Source: Eledone cirrhosa (taxonomy: Eukaryota). From it: a stretch of 64,000 nucleotides of DNA. The stretch spans positions 22,258,001-22,322,000 of the forward strand of contig OZ024755.1 in assembly GCA_964016885.1 (NCBI GenBank), in the 5' to 3' direction. The translations under genes were made by a program, and so were the position numbers. Below are positions 39,983-54,495 of the stretch, one piece after another. The notes beneath the pieces are model-generated. The model was given only the letters and a program-made list of their open reading frames with translations, did no database searches and was not told the origin of the DNA. The first letter of the stretch is position 1. Every line of letters starts with the position of its first letter.

Positions 39983-40056
39983 TATATATATATATATATA
40001 TATCATGATCATGATAATCATCATATAAATATATATATACATACATATATACATAC

Positions 40057-40101
<45 letters not shown>

Positions 40102-40779
40102 TGTGTGTGTGTGTGTAATAGACTGATTTTGGAATTATGCCCAAGCATGTGTAAAACAGGTGTAGGGTTGTGTCATAGGTAAAACAAAACAGAAAAAAAG
40201 TATAAAAGAAAAGTGCCTGGGAATGAATACGAATGATTAAAAAGGGATGTTGATTTTTTTAAAAGATGATGGCTATATAGATAAATATGGTAAAAATAAT
40301 GGAAGACAGACAAACAGAGAAGTAGAAGTAGAGAGAGATTTGAACGAGGAGGAAATACAAAACGAGGCATTTCTGCTGATACATTAAGATATGTGAACGA
40401 TATATATATATATCAAGTAAAGCAACGGAGTAAAGGACTCGTGTTTATAGATATAAATATCTTTCTTTACTCGTGTTTATAGATAGATAGATAAATAAAT
40501 AGGTGGATAGATAGTTGAAGATGAGACAACGTTCCGATGATGATGTGACAGAAGAATTGGTAAAGAATATGACAGAATGGTGAATACGAATGGAGAGACA
40601 CTGATGCAATAAGAATGACTGAAAAAAAGAAAGAAAATAAACGGAAGAGAGCGAGATGAACAGAGAATTTGTTATTGCAGAATACATGCATAAATAAATA
40701 AATAAGGGTGGGTTTTGGTGAAAAATATTTGTTGAATATGTTAGGGGAATGAAATTAGAGAAAGTATTTGAAAAATGAA

Positions 40780-41280
40780 GAAACGAGAGCGAAAGTGAAA
40801 GAGAATGGAATAAAATAGATATATAGATAGACAGACTAATAGATAGGCGAAAGTGAAAGAGTGAAATAAAATAGATAGATAGACTAATAAAGAGATAGAC
40901 AGACTAATAGACAGGTGAAAGTGAAAGAGTGAAATAAAAAAGAGATATACAGAGTGTTAGATTGTAGATAGATGAAAGTGAAAGAGAGATAGACAGTCGA
41001 ATAGATAGATAGATAAATAGGTAGAGCGTCGAATACAAAGAGAGATAGACTAATAGATAGATAGATGAAAGTGAAAGAAAGATAGACAAATAGATAGATA
41101 GATGAAAGTGAAAGAAAGATAGACAAATAGATAGATAGATGAAAGTGAAAGAAAGATAGACAGACAAATAGATAGATAGATTGATAGATAGAGGAGGCGA
41201 TAGACAGACTAATAGATAGGTGAAAGTGAAAGAGATAGACAGAGTAATAGAGAGATAAGAGAAAGATAGAGAGAGAATAA
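40780..41280. repeat. (AGAT)n / gaaagtgaaag compound repeat
   Basis: Visible purine-rich repeats. Confidence 0.9.
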
Positions 41281-42139
41281 AGGAGAAGTTTTTGTCGGCC
41301 TCGTTCTGAATCTTATAAAACTATGATTATCTAATGTCTTTTCTCTTCTTCTTTCCTCTCTTATTATTTCTTTAGACATTAGGGGTAGGTTGTGTGATTG
41401 GAAGGAACAGGTCAATCGATCCACAATAAAGAGATCCTCATGGGCCCTACAAACCCACCTCCCCTCTCCCCCAAAAGGGGTTTCTGTCTCTGTGTATGAT
41501 GCTTTCTTGTCTCACTATTATGGCACTGTATCGCGTCTCTTGCAAAAGACGATATTTTTTTCTCAAAAATATAATAGTAACGGCTGTAGTAGGAAATAAT
41601 TAATTGGAGAAATGGTGTTGCTTGCGCGTCTTGTAATGTTTGCTGAAATATACTGTTTGGTCGGCTGAAATGTTCATAGGTTGATGAGATAGACTATGAA
41701 GGAGTGATGGCTAGAGTCTGTTGAAAATCTTGTAGGCATTCATTATCAATTCTTCTTCTTCTTCTTCAACTGCATTGTCTCTTCCAGGGACTATGATGAA
41801 ATGATGAAAAGTAAACCTCATTTGGTCAGTCCATGAGCGTATCGTGGTCAACGTATGAACTTTTCAGCTAACCCTCGTATATATATATATATATATATAC
41901 AATTTTCTACCTGTGAGTTTTACGAGAAGGTACTTTATGAATATATATATTCTGCTGTAATCATTGCAGGATTTCTTTCTGAACTTGTAGCTAGTATTGT
42001 ACTAATACTAATTCGACATAGTAAAATGGTCAAGAGAAGCCACATCCCCTGACATCGCCTGGCATCAACATATAGGCAACACATATATATAGAGGCAACA
42101 AGGGAAGAAGAATCACATCATCTGACATCAGGCAACACA

Positions 42140-42180
<41 letters not shown>

Positions 42181-42344
42181 ACACAAAGATAGAGAGGCAA
42201 CAAGAGAAGAAGAGACGGCGAAGAAGAAAAATAAGTAAAACTACATTGGAAACTTCCTAATCAAAGACATTCCAATAAGCTTGCCAATTAAACAACGAGA
42301 AGCGAGAATTTCTACCGATCTCTCTCTCCCCCTCTCTCTCTCTC

Positions 42345-42375
<31 letters not shown>

Positions 42376-42830
42376 TAAAAAAAAAAAACGGTTCAATTCC
42401 TTTCCCCCACCAACGCATAATGAAAGAAACGTGCGCACACACATGAATGGAATGGAAGGAATGAGGGAATTGGTCAGTCCAAGGAAGTGAGTATTTCAGA
42501 GAGATCGTTCGTTAGATTAGTAAACTGTTGACTTAATTTCTTCTTTCTCTCATTTCTTTAGTCGTTCATTCATTGGAAATAACAACAACGATAATAACCA
42601 CAACTAGTCATTATCTTGTGATCAGCTTAGCTTTAAATAAGTCTTTCTAGCGCTGTGGTAACTGGTGGATGGATAGATGGATTGATGGATTCGTTATATA
42701 ACACCTCCACTTTGTTCTTTTATATATTATATATATATCAAAGAACAAAGTTGAGGTGTTATATTCAGATATATAACGTATCCATCTATATATATATATA
42801 TATATATTATAGTATAGTATAGTATAGTAT

Positions 42831-43630
42831 ATACCCCCCTTTTCGACTGGTACGCAGCTGGATAATGATAGCCTGCGAATCAGGATTTCCGTGAGGCTTG
42901 GCCTCTGGATCTGCGAGCCACACAAATGTCGCTGCGGATCCACCTTAGATTCTTTCGGCATCCACCCGTTGTCCTGTCGCTACAGTGCCGGCCACTTTCC
43001 ACGCTCTCAACGAGGTCATAAAACATGGCTTGGATGCTGCAGGTTTCCCCTCTCACCTCGAGCCGGTGGGGGCTGGTCCGAGGGGACGACAAAATGCTAG
43101 ACGATATGACCATCTTCCAGTTCCGTGGTAGTAAACCCCTCATCTTCTGCAATGCCACATGCAGCGACACATTCTCCAGCGGCAACCTGGTGCAATCTGC
43201 GTCTAACCCAGGCTTTGCTGCACTTCGGGCCGAAGAGGGTTTGTGGTCGAGCCCGTAGCAGTGGTGACTTCTGGTGTCCTTGGCCCTAGGACCACCTCCC
43301 TACTCACCATCGGCACAGAGTTGGCCACCCGCAGGTGTGAGATTCGCGAGCTGGAATGGCTCTTCCAGCGCCTCTCCCTCATCATCCTCCGGGGCAGCGC
43401 CGTCTGTATTCTGTCCGCCGGGGTTGAGGGGCGGCTAGCGCGTGGGCTCCAATTTGCTCACAATAGCGAAAGATGGGGAGAGCGGGAGAGATTGAGGTAG
43501 TGACAGTGGCAGTTTGGTTCCATTGTGTTCGGACTTGGTCTGTGTGTATATATTTATTTACCACACCACATTAATGTATATTAGAGATTTATAATTGTAG
43601 ATAAACAATCAAAATACTAACAGTAGGATA
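42831..43630 (+). mobile_element. 5'-truncated, decayed CRE-clade non-LTR retrotransposon (zinc knuckle plus restriction-like endonuclease)
   Basis: GTQLDNDSLRI..VRLGLWICEPHKCRCGSTLDSFGIHPLSC; LNEVIK..L..AGFPSHLEPVG; ATCSDTF; PVAVVTSGVLGP; WLFQRLSLIILRGSA; frameshifted; coding part ends about 43475. Confidence 0.85.
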
Positions 43631-44407
43631 TTATATTATAGTATAGTATGGTATGGCTTGGTATTGGAATATCATATAGACAATTGATACTAATAACTTA
43701 GTGAGAAGACGAGAAGACTGTGTTTTATGATATATTCAAAGAAGTTGCTGCTGTTTGTGAGTGAGAGAATTAAATGAAAAATAAACACAGAGAGAAAGAG
43801 TGAGTAAGAGAAAGATATCAATCTAGATAAAATATCAAATATACGTATACAACATACACACACTTCGTCTATCTACATACTAACACATACACACTCACTC
43901 ATTCTCTCTCTCACACACACACACGTATCTACACACATACACACTCACTCATTCTCTCTCTCACACACACACACGTATCTACACACATACACACTTCGTC
44001 TATCTACACACACGTATATTTAAAGACAGTATTCCTTGGCAGTTATGTCCGGTTTTTTTTTGGGGGGGGGGGGCATATTTGTTCCTTCCTTCTTACTTTC
44101 TCCCCCTACTCACACACCTGCCTCACCACCTCACCCCACCCGACCCCTCACCATGACTCCCACCCCTCTTATATTCGTTCTGTGTCACAGTATCTTCACT
44201 GTCCGTCTCAGTGATGGTCCGGGAATACAATCGACCACTATCTCTCTCTCTCTCTCTTTCTCTCTCTGTCTCTCTATCACCGTCTCTCTCCCTCTCTCTG
44301 TCTTTCTCTGGTTGTCATGGCACTATTTTATTCATTTATCATTTATTGAGCCAAGCAAGATGCCGCTGCTGCTGCTGACAAAGAAGAAGCTAGTACAACC
44401 GAATTAG

Positions 44408-44935
44408 GAGGAAGGGAGAGAGAGGGGGAGAAAGAGTGAGAGAGAAGGAGAGAGAGAGAGAGAAAAGGGAGAAGAAAAAGAACAAGAACAAGAAAAGAAG
44501 AGTAGGAGAAAAAACAGCGCAAGAACAGAAAGTGAGTGGGATAAAGGAGAAGGAAAGAAAGAAAGAAAGATAGGGAGGGAGAAACCAGGGGAAGAGAGAG
44601 GTTAAGGGAGAAAGAAAATAAGAGAGAGGCTGAGGAAACCCAGCTAGAGAGAGAAAACGAGAGAAAAGAAGAAAAATCGAGAGAGAGAAGGAGAGAAAAC
44701 CGAGAGAAAGAGGGAGAAATCGTGAAAGAAGGGGAAGAAACGAGAGAGAGAGACGAAGGGAGAGGAAAATAGTGAGAGACAGAGAAAAGAAACGAGAGAG
44801 AGAGAGACGAAGGGAGAGGAAAATAGTGAGAGACAGAGAAAAGAAACGAGAGAGAGAGACGAAGGGGGAGGAAAATAGTGAGAGACAGAGAAAAGAAACG
44901 AGAGAGAGAGACGAAGGGGGAGGAAAATAGTGAAT
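44408..44935. repeat. GA-rich polypurine tract including a 52-54-bp tandem repeat, about 4 copies
   Basis: gaaacgagagagagagacgaagggagaggaaaatagtgagagacagagaaaa repeated at 44737-44932. Confidence 0.9.
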
Positions 44936-45157
44936 CTAAAAAGAATGAAAGAGATAATAATTGTTATAACAACATTGTAAAAAGAAAATCATGGGAGCAC
45001 CGTTATCCTATTTTGTGTTGATTTAAAAGCCGGGAACCTAAATATACACACATACACATATATACACACATACACATAGACATATACACACACATATATA
45101 CGTATATACACACATATATATATATATACACACATATATATATACATATATACATAC

Positions 45158-45200
<43 letters not shown>

Positions 45201-45730
45201 TATATGTATATATATAATATATGTGTGTGTGTATATATATAATATTTATATACACATATATGTATGTATATATCATATAATTACCCTGTGAGTGGATATT
45301 TTAGCGAAACAGGTGAAAGAGGAAGAGAGAAAAATATTATCTAGAACAACAACTACAAAATCAACAACATCGAGGAAACCGCTTCGAAGAATTCTTGTAG
45401 CTTTCGATTCCTGATTCTTCATTCTTGGATTTATGATATAGAAATATATATTTGTGGAGTATTATTATTGAATATATATAGGAAGAAAATTTTCTCTCTC
45501 TCCTTTAATTTTTTTTTTTTTTTTAACGACGGAAAATCGGAGTCATTTACCAACAATTAAGAGAGAGAAAAGAAAAAGATATGATATTTTTTGAAAATAT
45601 TCACAATTTTGCGATTGGAGATTTGTAGTTTCGATTTTACTGGGTAACCTGTCAGAAATTAAGGGCCAACACACGATTTAATATTGAAAAGGAAAAAAAA
45701 GTCGAGAAAGGAGATGAGAAAAAAAAGTCT

Positions 45731-45742
45731 TTGTAGGTAAGT
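45731..45742 (+). promoter_or_regulatory. Candidate 5' splice donor ending a putative non-coding first exon
   Basis: ttgtAG|GTAAGT consensus donor after a CpG-containing UTR-like stretch; no coding support. Confidence 0.3.
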
Positions 45743-45866
45743 AAGAGGGTTGAAGGAAACGCTGCAGTGTGGTAGAAAATATTTATATATATATATATAT
45801 ATAAACATGTATATATGTATATATATATACAAACATGTATATATGTATATATATATACAGCTGTAT

Positions 45867-45899
<33 letters not shown>

Positions 45900-46053
45900 C
45901 ACGCACACATACACACATTTAATACATATATGTTTGTTTATATACACATATATGTGCACATACATGCATGTATATGCTTGAGTTTCTCTCTCTCTCTCTA
46001 TATATATATATCGGTATGAATATCTATTTTTCAATGTTCGAATTCTTGTATAC

Positions 46054-46089
<36 letters not shown>

Positions 46090-46163
46090 TCTTTTCGAAA
46101 CGCCTTATGAATATATATATGTATGTATATACCATATACCCACAGTCGTATAAATCAATGGAA

Positions 46164-46216
<53 letters not shown>

Positions 46217-47353
46217 TTTGCCATTTTCAAACAATAAAGTATGTAAAGTAATTAAGTTAGAGAAATAAATATATGAATGAAAAATGCTTGTTGTTAAGCA
46301 ATCTTGTCTGAAGCACGCTACATCACTCATCGAACATCATAGCATGTTTAATAGTGTATATAGTAAGTGTATACACGTTTACATTGACACATTACATACA
46401 CACAGTAATTATATACACATACATACACAGTAATTATATACACGTGCTTACACAGTAATTATATACACATGCTTACACACACACACATACATATATACAC
46501 ATACATACATACATTTACATACACAAACATATACACATACAGTAATTTTATACACATGCTTACATTTATACACATACATACAGTAATTATATACACATGC
46601 TTACATCGACACACATACACACACACACACACAATGAAGTTGTAATAGTTTTGTCATTTGTATTATTATTATTTTTCCTTAATAATGTAACCACCCCCAC
46701 CGTAAAGTGTAATATGTTGCTGATTGTATATAGTGGCCAGTTGATTGTTGTTGTGGTTGTTATTGTCATTAAAATATGCCTTAACGTCATCCTCGCCTCC
46801 ATCGGTGGCAAACCCTCTTTGCTCGATTCCTGATTCCAGCCATTTCACTTCACTTCACTTCACTTCGTTGGTATCATTCAAACCATTTGGAATTGATCGA
46901 GATAAAATCAACAACAACTGCATGAACTTCACAACATCTCAATCTGTGTTCCGTTATATGTCAGACAGAGTGAAGTATTGTTGATTTATTTATTTATAGG
47001 AAATCAATTTTACAGTTCGATCATTCATAATCATTCTTTCTCTGTGTTTGCCATCATCGCCACTCGTTTGGCAGTTGCTGGCAGTCAATCCGCAACAGGT
47101 TTTACTATCAATCACTTGCAATAATAAGAATAATAATTCGTAATGATGTTTTCTTATTACCACAAGGGTTTACATAAAGTAGACATTAGGACAGTACAGG
47201 ACAATACAGGACGGTACAAATGGGCATTTCTGCGTGTAAAAAAAAAAAGAGATGAAATAAATAACAAAGAAAAATTCCCCAATAGGGGGGAGACTTCCGA
47301 GGGACATCGTAATGATGATAGTACACAAAGACAGAACAATGTCCGTTAATAAC

Positions 47354-48190
47354 GGTGTTTCTGATTTAGACACAAGGCCAACAGTTTTGGGAAGAAGGAA
47401 TCGATTAAATCGATCCCAGCGTGTTACTGGTACTTTATCTTATCGACCCCCGTTAGGATGAAAGGCAAAGCCAACCTCGGTAGGATTTGAAATCAGAATA
47501 ATAATTGTTTCTACTTTAGGCACAAGGCCAGCAATTACCCAGTGCATTACTGGTACTTTATTTTATCGACCCCGTAAGGATGAAAGGCAAAGTCAACCTC
47601 GGAATAATAATCATTTTTACTATAGGTATAAGACCAACAATTTATTGAGGAGAGGAAAATCAATTAAACCGATACCAGTGCCTTACTGGTACTTTATTTA
47701 ATCAACCCCGTAAGGATGAAAGGCAAAACTAACCCCGGCGGGATTTGAAATCATCCTAATGGTTTTCTTATATAGGCACAAGGCCAGCAATTTTGGGAGA
47801 GCGAGAAAGTCGATTAAACCGACCCCAGTGCGCGACTGGTACTTTATTTTATCGACGTCGTCAGGATGAACGGCAAAACTAACCTCGGCTGGATTTGAAA
47901 TCATCATAATAATAAGAATAATGGTTTCTGGTTTAAGCACAAGACAAACAATTTTGAGGGAAGGTGGACGAAGTCGATTAAATTGATCGCTGTGCATTAC
48001 TAGTATTTTATTTTATCTACCCCGAAAGGATGAAAAGCAAAGCTAACCTCGGCGGGATTTAAAACCATCATCATCATAATAATAATTGTTTCTGATTTAG
48101 GCACAAGGCCAACAATTTTGAGGGATGGAGGAGAAAGTCAAAATCGACTCCAGTGTGTTACAGGTACTTTATTTTATCGACCCCCCCGTA
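47354..48190 (-). mobile_element. Tandem array of six headless SINE A units
   Basis: Six repeats of gcacaaggcca..tactggtactttat..atcgacccc..ggatgaaaggcaaa separated by (AAT/ATC)n. Confidence 0.9.
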
Positions 48191-48399
48191 AAGATGTCCG
48201 TTAATAATAAACCAACTTACGGCATTTATTACCTAAAGTATTGTGACAATTTGTTACCAAAAACTGTTAATGCCACTGCCAAACCTTACTTACTGAACCG
48301 GTTCCATGACAATCATATTCTACCACTAGGTTTAATATTATTAGCGTCTTTCTCCCCCACTCTCTCTCTCTCTCTCAATATTAAACCGTATCTTTGCTA

Positions 48400-48599
48400 N
48401 NNNNNNNNNNNNNNNNNNNNNNNNNNNNNNNNNNNNNNNNNNNNNNNNNNNNNNNNNNNNNNNNNNNNNNNNNNNNNNNNNNNNNNNNNNNNNNNNNNNN
48501 NNNNNNNNNNNNNNNNNNNNNNNNNNNNNNNNNNNNNNNNNNNNNNNNNNNNNNNNNNNNNNNNNNNNNNNNNNNNNNNNNNNNNNNNNNNNNNNNNNN
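48400..48599. other. Assembly gap (200 N)
   Basis: Run of N; the round length suggests an unsized scaffold join. Confidence 1.
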
Positions 48600-48848
48600 T
48601 GGCGGAGCACCATTGGAACAAGCACCCGGTATGGTGACTGAGTCTGCCAGCCGGTTTCGTTTCTTAGTTCAACAATGAGTTCCTTAATGAGGCATAATAA
48701 GGCATGAACGACACAACTTTCCACTTTGTTTTCTATTAAAAACCGCCGACTACTATAACTTATGGTGATAGATGGAGTCTACTGTACGGTTTTTGATTCC
48801 TGGTTCTAACCACTTCATCCTTAATACTCTTTGGAAAGAACTGGACCA

Positions 48849-49057
48849 ATCAACCCCTCCTAAGAAATGGGTGTATCAACCCCTCCTAAGAAATGGGTGT
48901 ATCAGCCCCTCCTAAGAAATGGGCCATATCAGTCCCTTCTATATAATGGGTACATCAACCCGTCCTATATAATGAGTACACCAACCCCTCTTAAGAAATG
49001 GGCATATCAACCCGATCTATATAATATGCCTATCAGCCCCTCCTAAGAAATGGGCCT
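48849..49057. repeat. 26-bp minisatellite, about 8 copies
   Basis: Unit atcaacccctcctaagaaatgggtgt. Confidence 0.9.
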
Positions 49058-49279
49058 ACTAACATCTATTTAATCTCACCTACAATTCTGGGCTTTGTGG
49101 TAGAAATGGTATAAAGCTGCACTAAATCCTTTTAGTATATCTTTTTTTATATCTTCAGTTCAAGTTCCGCCGCCAGGGGTAATGTGATTGATTTTTAATC
49201 GATCGATTTATTCCTTGCGTGTGGATTTGTGGCCTTTTGTCAAAGTTATCAAGCATCACCATTATAATAATAATTATTA

Positions 49280-50092
49280 TATTACGTTCTGAGTTCAGGA
49301 TCTATAAAGTAAAATACCAGTCAATTACTGGGATCACTTACAGGGTCTATAAAATAAAGTACCAGTAACGATTTGATCGACTTTCCCCTCCCTCAAAATT
49401 GCTGGCCATGTGACTATAGTAGAAACAATTATTATTATAATAAATAAATAAAGAAAGAAAGAAAGAAAGTATTATTATTTAGTCCGCGATATTTGTTCTG
49501 GCTATTTACTTTCTGAGTTCAAATCCCACGAAGGTTAACTTTACTTTTCAACCTTCCAAAATACAAAGCACTGTACAATTCAAGTACTGGGTCGTGGATT
49601 GGAGTATCGGTAGAGGGTCGGACGCCATGCTTTGACGCATTGAGTTACGGCCCTTGTCATTCTGAGTTCAAATCTCGCCGAGGTTAACTTTACCTTTCAT
49701 CCTTACGGGGTCGATAAAATAAAGTACCAGTAATACACTGGGTAATTGCTGGCCTTGTGCCAAAAGTAGAAACAATTATTATAATAAATAAATAAAGAAA
49801 GAAAGCATTATTATTTAGTCGGCGATATTTGTTCTGGCTATTTACTTTCTGAGTTCAAATCCCACGAAGGTTAACTTTCCTTTTCAACCTTCCAAAATAC
49901 AAAGCACTGTACAATTCAAGTACTGGGTCGATATAATCACCACCACCAGAAAAGCCCAGAGAAGCTGGGCTTGTGTCTAAATTAAAAACCATTAATATTA
50001 TTATTGTTATCCTTACGGGGGTCGATAAAATAAAGTACCAGTAATGCACTGGGATAATTGCTGGCCTTGTGCCAATAGTAGAAATCATTATT
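49280..50092 (+). mobile_element. Cluster of SINE A copies, including a young copy at 49595-49773
   Basis: Repeated core and tail motifs; about 160-bp direct repeat flanks the young copy. Confidence 0.88.
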
Positions 50093-52477
50093 ATTGTTAA
50101 TATTGATCAGTGGAATAGCAGAAATGGTAGCGTGCTATAGTAAATTCCTGGCAGTATTTAGTTCCGTCTTTTACGTTCGAGTTTGAGTTCAAATTAGGCG
50201 GGTAGTTAACTTTTCCATGTATTCTTCCGAGATCGATAACGTATGTACCAGTCATCTCTAAGGGTTCTTCATTCAAGGGAATACGCCTCCCCTTCTCTCC
50301 ACCCTGCCCTATGAATGTGTTACCTTAGGAGAGTGTAAGAACTCGTTACTTTCCATATATGAGGAAAGTGGATTAAATGAGAAGTGACTCCCCCACGGGG
50401 ATTTGAACTAGCTACCAAGAAGAGCAAAACTACCCACGCCGTTAAGCATCCAGTTCCGTTCTCTACAACCATTACAGAAATAAGGTCTTGCAACTGGGCA
50501 ATAGAAATCATTATTATATGCCTCTTGGGGTGGGGAGGGTCGTATTTATCTATCGATGATTGATTATTGAAGAAGGACAACAACGACGACGATTTATCAT
50601 TGAAATCTCATTAGTCTTTCTAGTAGCTTCTCTTTGGTTAGGGGCATCTTAAAGGTATGTAAAGTAGAGATGGTGACAGGAAATCTTTAAGAAAAAAAAA
50701 AAGAAAAAAAAAGTCTCGCCTTCTTCAATTTAGGGTGGTTGACATGATTAGAAAGAACAACAGGTCTGAGCATCCTTGTCGTTTCAGTTGTAGGACAGGA
50801 AGATAGACACCCCTGAAACAGCAAGCCTTCAGGGTTGACAATCAATCCCCCCCTCCTCCTCTCCCGTGATAAACAATAATAATAGTATGTCTATCTATAT
50901 TGTCCCCTTTTCTTGTGCGCCCTTGTGGCTAATAAAGAAATATATCTATATATAAAAGTGTGTATATATATATATATATATAATGTGTGTGTGTTTATCC
51001 TAGGTTCAATATATATATATATATGTGTGTGTGTATGTATACACATATAGATGTGTGTGTGTGTATATATACACGCGCGCGCAATTATGTGATGCGGTGT
51101 ATATGTCAACACACAGGTAAGTAATATATTTAAAACACGAACGAACACACACACGCAGAGTTTACTTATTAATGAGGTAGGATTTATCAAAGAATTAATA
51201 TTTTATTCCATTTTCTAATGTTTCCCCAAGATAAATATCAGTATAATAAATTAAGTAAAATAATAACCGTTTTCTCTCCACTACATCAAGAAATAAAGAA
51301 TTTACTTAGCACTAAGGTGTATTTCGTTACGGCACACTCTTCATTAAATAAACAAACCAATTTGTTGAGAGATGAAGGGAGACTGTTGCTCATTATTCGC
51401 TTCTTTAATTCTTATTCAATTCTCATCCAGCTTTTGTTAATTTTTATTTTATTTCATTTCATTTTATCCGCGATCGAAAATTGTCTGGAAAGATTTTATA
51501 TTGGTTTATCGAATTCTCCAGAAAATGTAAATTTTTACCTAGGTGTCTGTTGCTCTAGAAATCTATCTAAACGACTCTTTTAAATTCGTTCACATTTGTT
51601 GCTTTTAATGCCTTCTTCGTTGAATTAATTTCTATTTATCAATATATTGTTTATTATTTTTTAATGATTTCCTTAATCATTCTTATTTGAGGGACTCTGT
51701 TGTAGAATAATAGCCCAGCAAAATAATTATTTCTTAAATGAAAGGCTAACGTGTAGAATGAATATAGTCGCGAGGTAGTCTTGTTTCACTTTCCATAATG
51801 AAAGTAATGTGAGCAGTGAAACTTTTACTTTTGTACTCTTTCACTTCCCCCTCCTCCCCACCACAAACTTCTCCCTTCAAATGATGACCATGTCTTTAAA
51901 TATACCTGTATAAATAGAAATATGTTTTACATGTGGAATGACATTTCCATCTTTAAAAAAAAAAAAAAATGAAAGCAACGTTTCATGTTTTACACAAACG
52001 CGTCCTTTCGGACTTTCTTCTTATTTATCTATTTATCTCAGAACGTTTCTTTCAGTTTTTAATCCAAACGATAACCAGGTACATAATTAATAATTTATAT
52101 ATTTCGTTTTGCCTTTCAAGTGCAGAAATATAAATTGTTTGCATTTGTAATGACATTATCATCCTTAGAGAATTGTATATAGAAACTCCATCATTTAAAA
52201 ATTTCAAAACGTGAAACACTGTAATACTAATTTAATGCTCGAATTATTTATAAAGAAAGAATTATTTTACTGTTGAGATAGCTAAGACAACAAAGTGTTT
52301 TGTGTGTGTTTTGTCTGGTTGATTCCGAATTAAAATCCCTTCGGGTGTAAATAAATTAAGTATCAATAACATACTGGAAGTGTATCAGTTGATTCTAACC
52401 ATCTAGCAAAGCCTGTCGTCTATCTATGTTAAACAAACCATTATTGTGGTTTGTCATAGATGTGTGTGTGTTATATA

Positions 52478-52519
<42 letters not shown>

Positions 52520-52520
52520 A

Positions 52521-52608
52521 CAGGGTATCCCTATAAATGTATACACACTTTGATTACCTGTACAGGCAATATTTATGAGGGAAGTGTGTATACATTTTTG
52601 GGGACACT
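52521..52608. mobile_element. Tiny Tc1/mariner-like MITE in (TA)n
   Basis: cagggtatccctataaatgtatacacactt ... aagtgtgtatacatttttgggacact. Confidence 0.65.
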
Positions 52609-52639
52609 ATATATATATAAATGACTGTATATATAATAA

Positions 52640-52749
52640 CTGTTTCTACTTTTGGCACAAGGCCAGCAATCACACAGTACATTACTGGTACTTTATTTTA
52701 TCGACCCCGTAAGGATAAAAGGCAAAGTTGACCTCGGCGGGATTTGAAA
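52640..52749 (-). mobile_element. Headless SINE A
   Basis: Ends at cggcgggatttgaaa. Confidence 0.85.
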
Positions 52750-52857
52750 CGATGCCTAGACTTTCCCAATGTATTGAGTACTTTTTTAACTATGGTTACC
52801 CCCCCCCCCCCCACACACACACACCGACACAACTTAGGAATATATATATATAATATA

Positions 52858-52890
<33 letters not shown>

Positions 52891-53119
52891 ATAGAATGAC
52901 TGGGTTTTTTTTTTATCCAAGTGATTGAACACAGCCCTTTAGTTTCGGTTCTAATTGGAAGAATCAGTCACGAAAAGGATTTTAAGAAGTCTGTTCTCCA
53001 GCGTTAAAAGTGTTTCGTTTTTGTTGTTGTGTGAATGTGTGTTTTGTTTTAATAGTCTCTTATATCTTAACATCCCAAATAAATAAGTTTACTTCAATAG
53101 AATGCATACAGATAAACAA

Positions 53120-53158
<39 letters not shown>

Positions 53159-53630
53159 TACAATATCTAAAGAATTCTATTTTCTGTGATGCATTCGTAG
53201 TTATACATCTACTCAATTGTAATATGCATTATTTCCTGTGCATATTCAATTTAAATTTTATTTTAAATATGTACACGTTCATTATTATTGCCTTCTTTCC
53301 TTGGTTGGCTTGTCGGACAACATTTATCCCCAGTTTCAATTCTAAATGGAATCACATTGCCTATACATAAATGTTCACCTCTCAAATTTTCTTTCCTTTA
53401 AAATAATAAGTAACATAACAAATAAAAAGAACAATATTTAGTTTTGTCCCTCTCAATTTCGGGTTCAAATTCTGCCTATAGCTGACTTTTATTCACTTCC
53501 GATCGATAGACTTAGTACCAGTATTATACTAGAGTTGGTCGTCTGGTTATTTTACCAAAATTTCGATCGTCTGCTTATTTAAAAGAATTCATTTATATCA
53601 TTCCATGAGTTTTTTTCCCTCTTGCTTTTC

Positions 53631-53680
<50 letters not shown>

Positions 53681-53732
53681 ATTATTTAATTTGAAAACGC
53701 ATTGATTCTTTGGAGTTTTTTATAAATACTAA

Positions 53733-53734
53733 TA

Positions 53735-53783
<49 letters not shown>

Positions 53784-53972
53784 GTGTGTATATATATATA
53801 TGTGTGTGTGTATATATATATATGTGTGTGTGTATATATATATGTGATATATGTGTGTGTGTGTATATATATATGTGTGTGTATATATATATGTGATATG
53901 TGTGTGTGTGTATATATATATGTGATATATATATATATGTGATATATATATATGTGTGTATATATATATATA

Positions 53973-54015
<43 letters not shown>

Positions 54016-54430
54016 ATATATATATGTGTGTATATATGTGTGTGTGTGTGTATATATATATATGTGTGTATATATATATATGTGTGTATATATGTGTGTG
54101 TGTGTATATATATATATATGTGTGTATATATATATATATGTGTGTATATATGTGTGTGTGTGTGTATATATATGTGTGTATATATATATATGTGTGTATA
54201 TATATGTGTGTGTGTGTATATATATATATGTGTGTATATATATATATGTGTGTATATATATGTGTGTGTGTGTATATATATATGTATGTGTGTGTATATA
54301 TATATGTGTGTGTGTATATATATATATATGTGTGTGTAGATATATATATATGTGTGTGTAGATATATATATATGTGTGTGTGTATATATATATATGTATG
54401 TGTGTGTATATATATGTGTGTCTATATATG

Positions 54431-54477
<47 letters not shown>

Positions 54478-54495
54478 GTGTGTATGTATATGTAT
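53733..54495. repeat. Compound (TA)n(TG)n microsatellite
   Basis: Visible. Confidence 0.98.

Noticed and set aside
48125-48724. ORFs spanning the N run
   Set aside because: Artefacts of translating through the assembly gap
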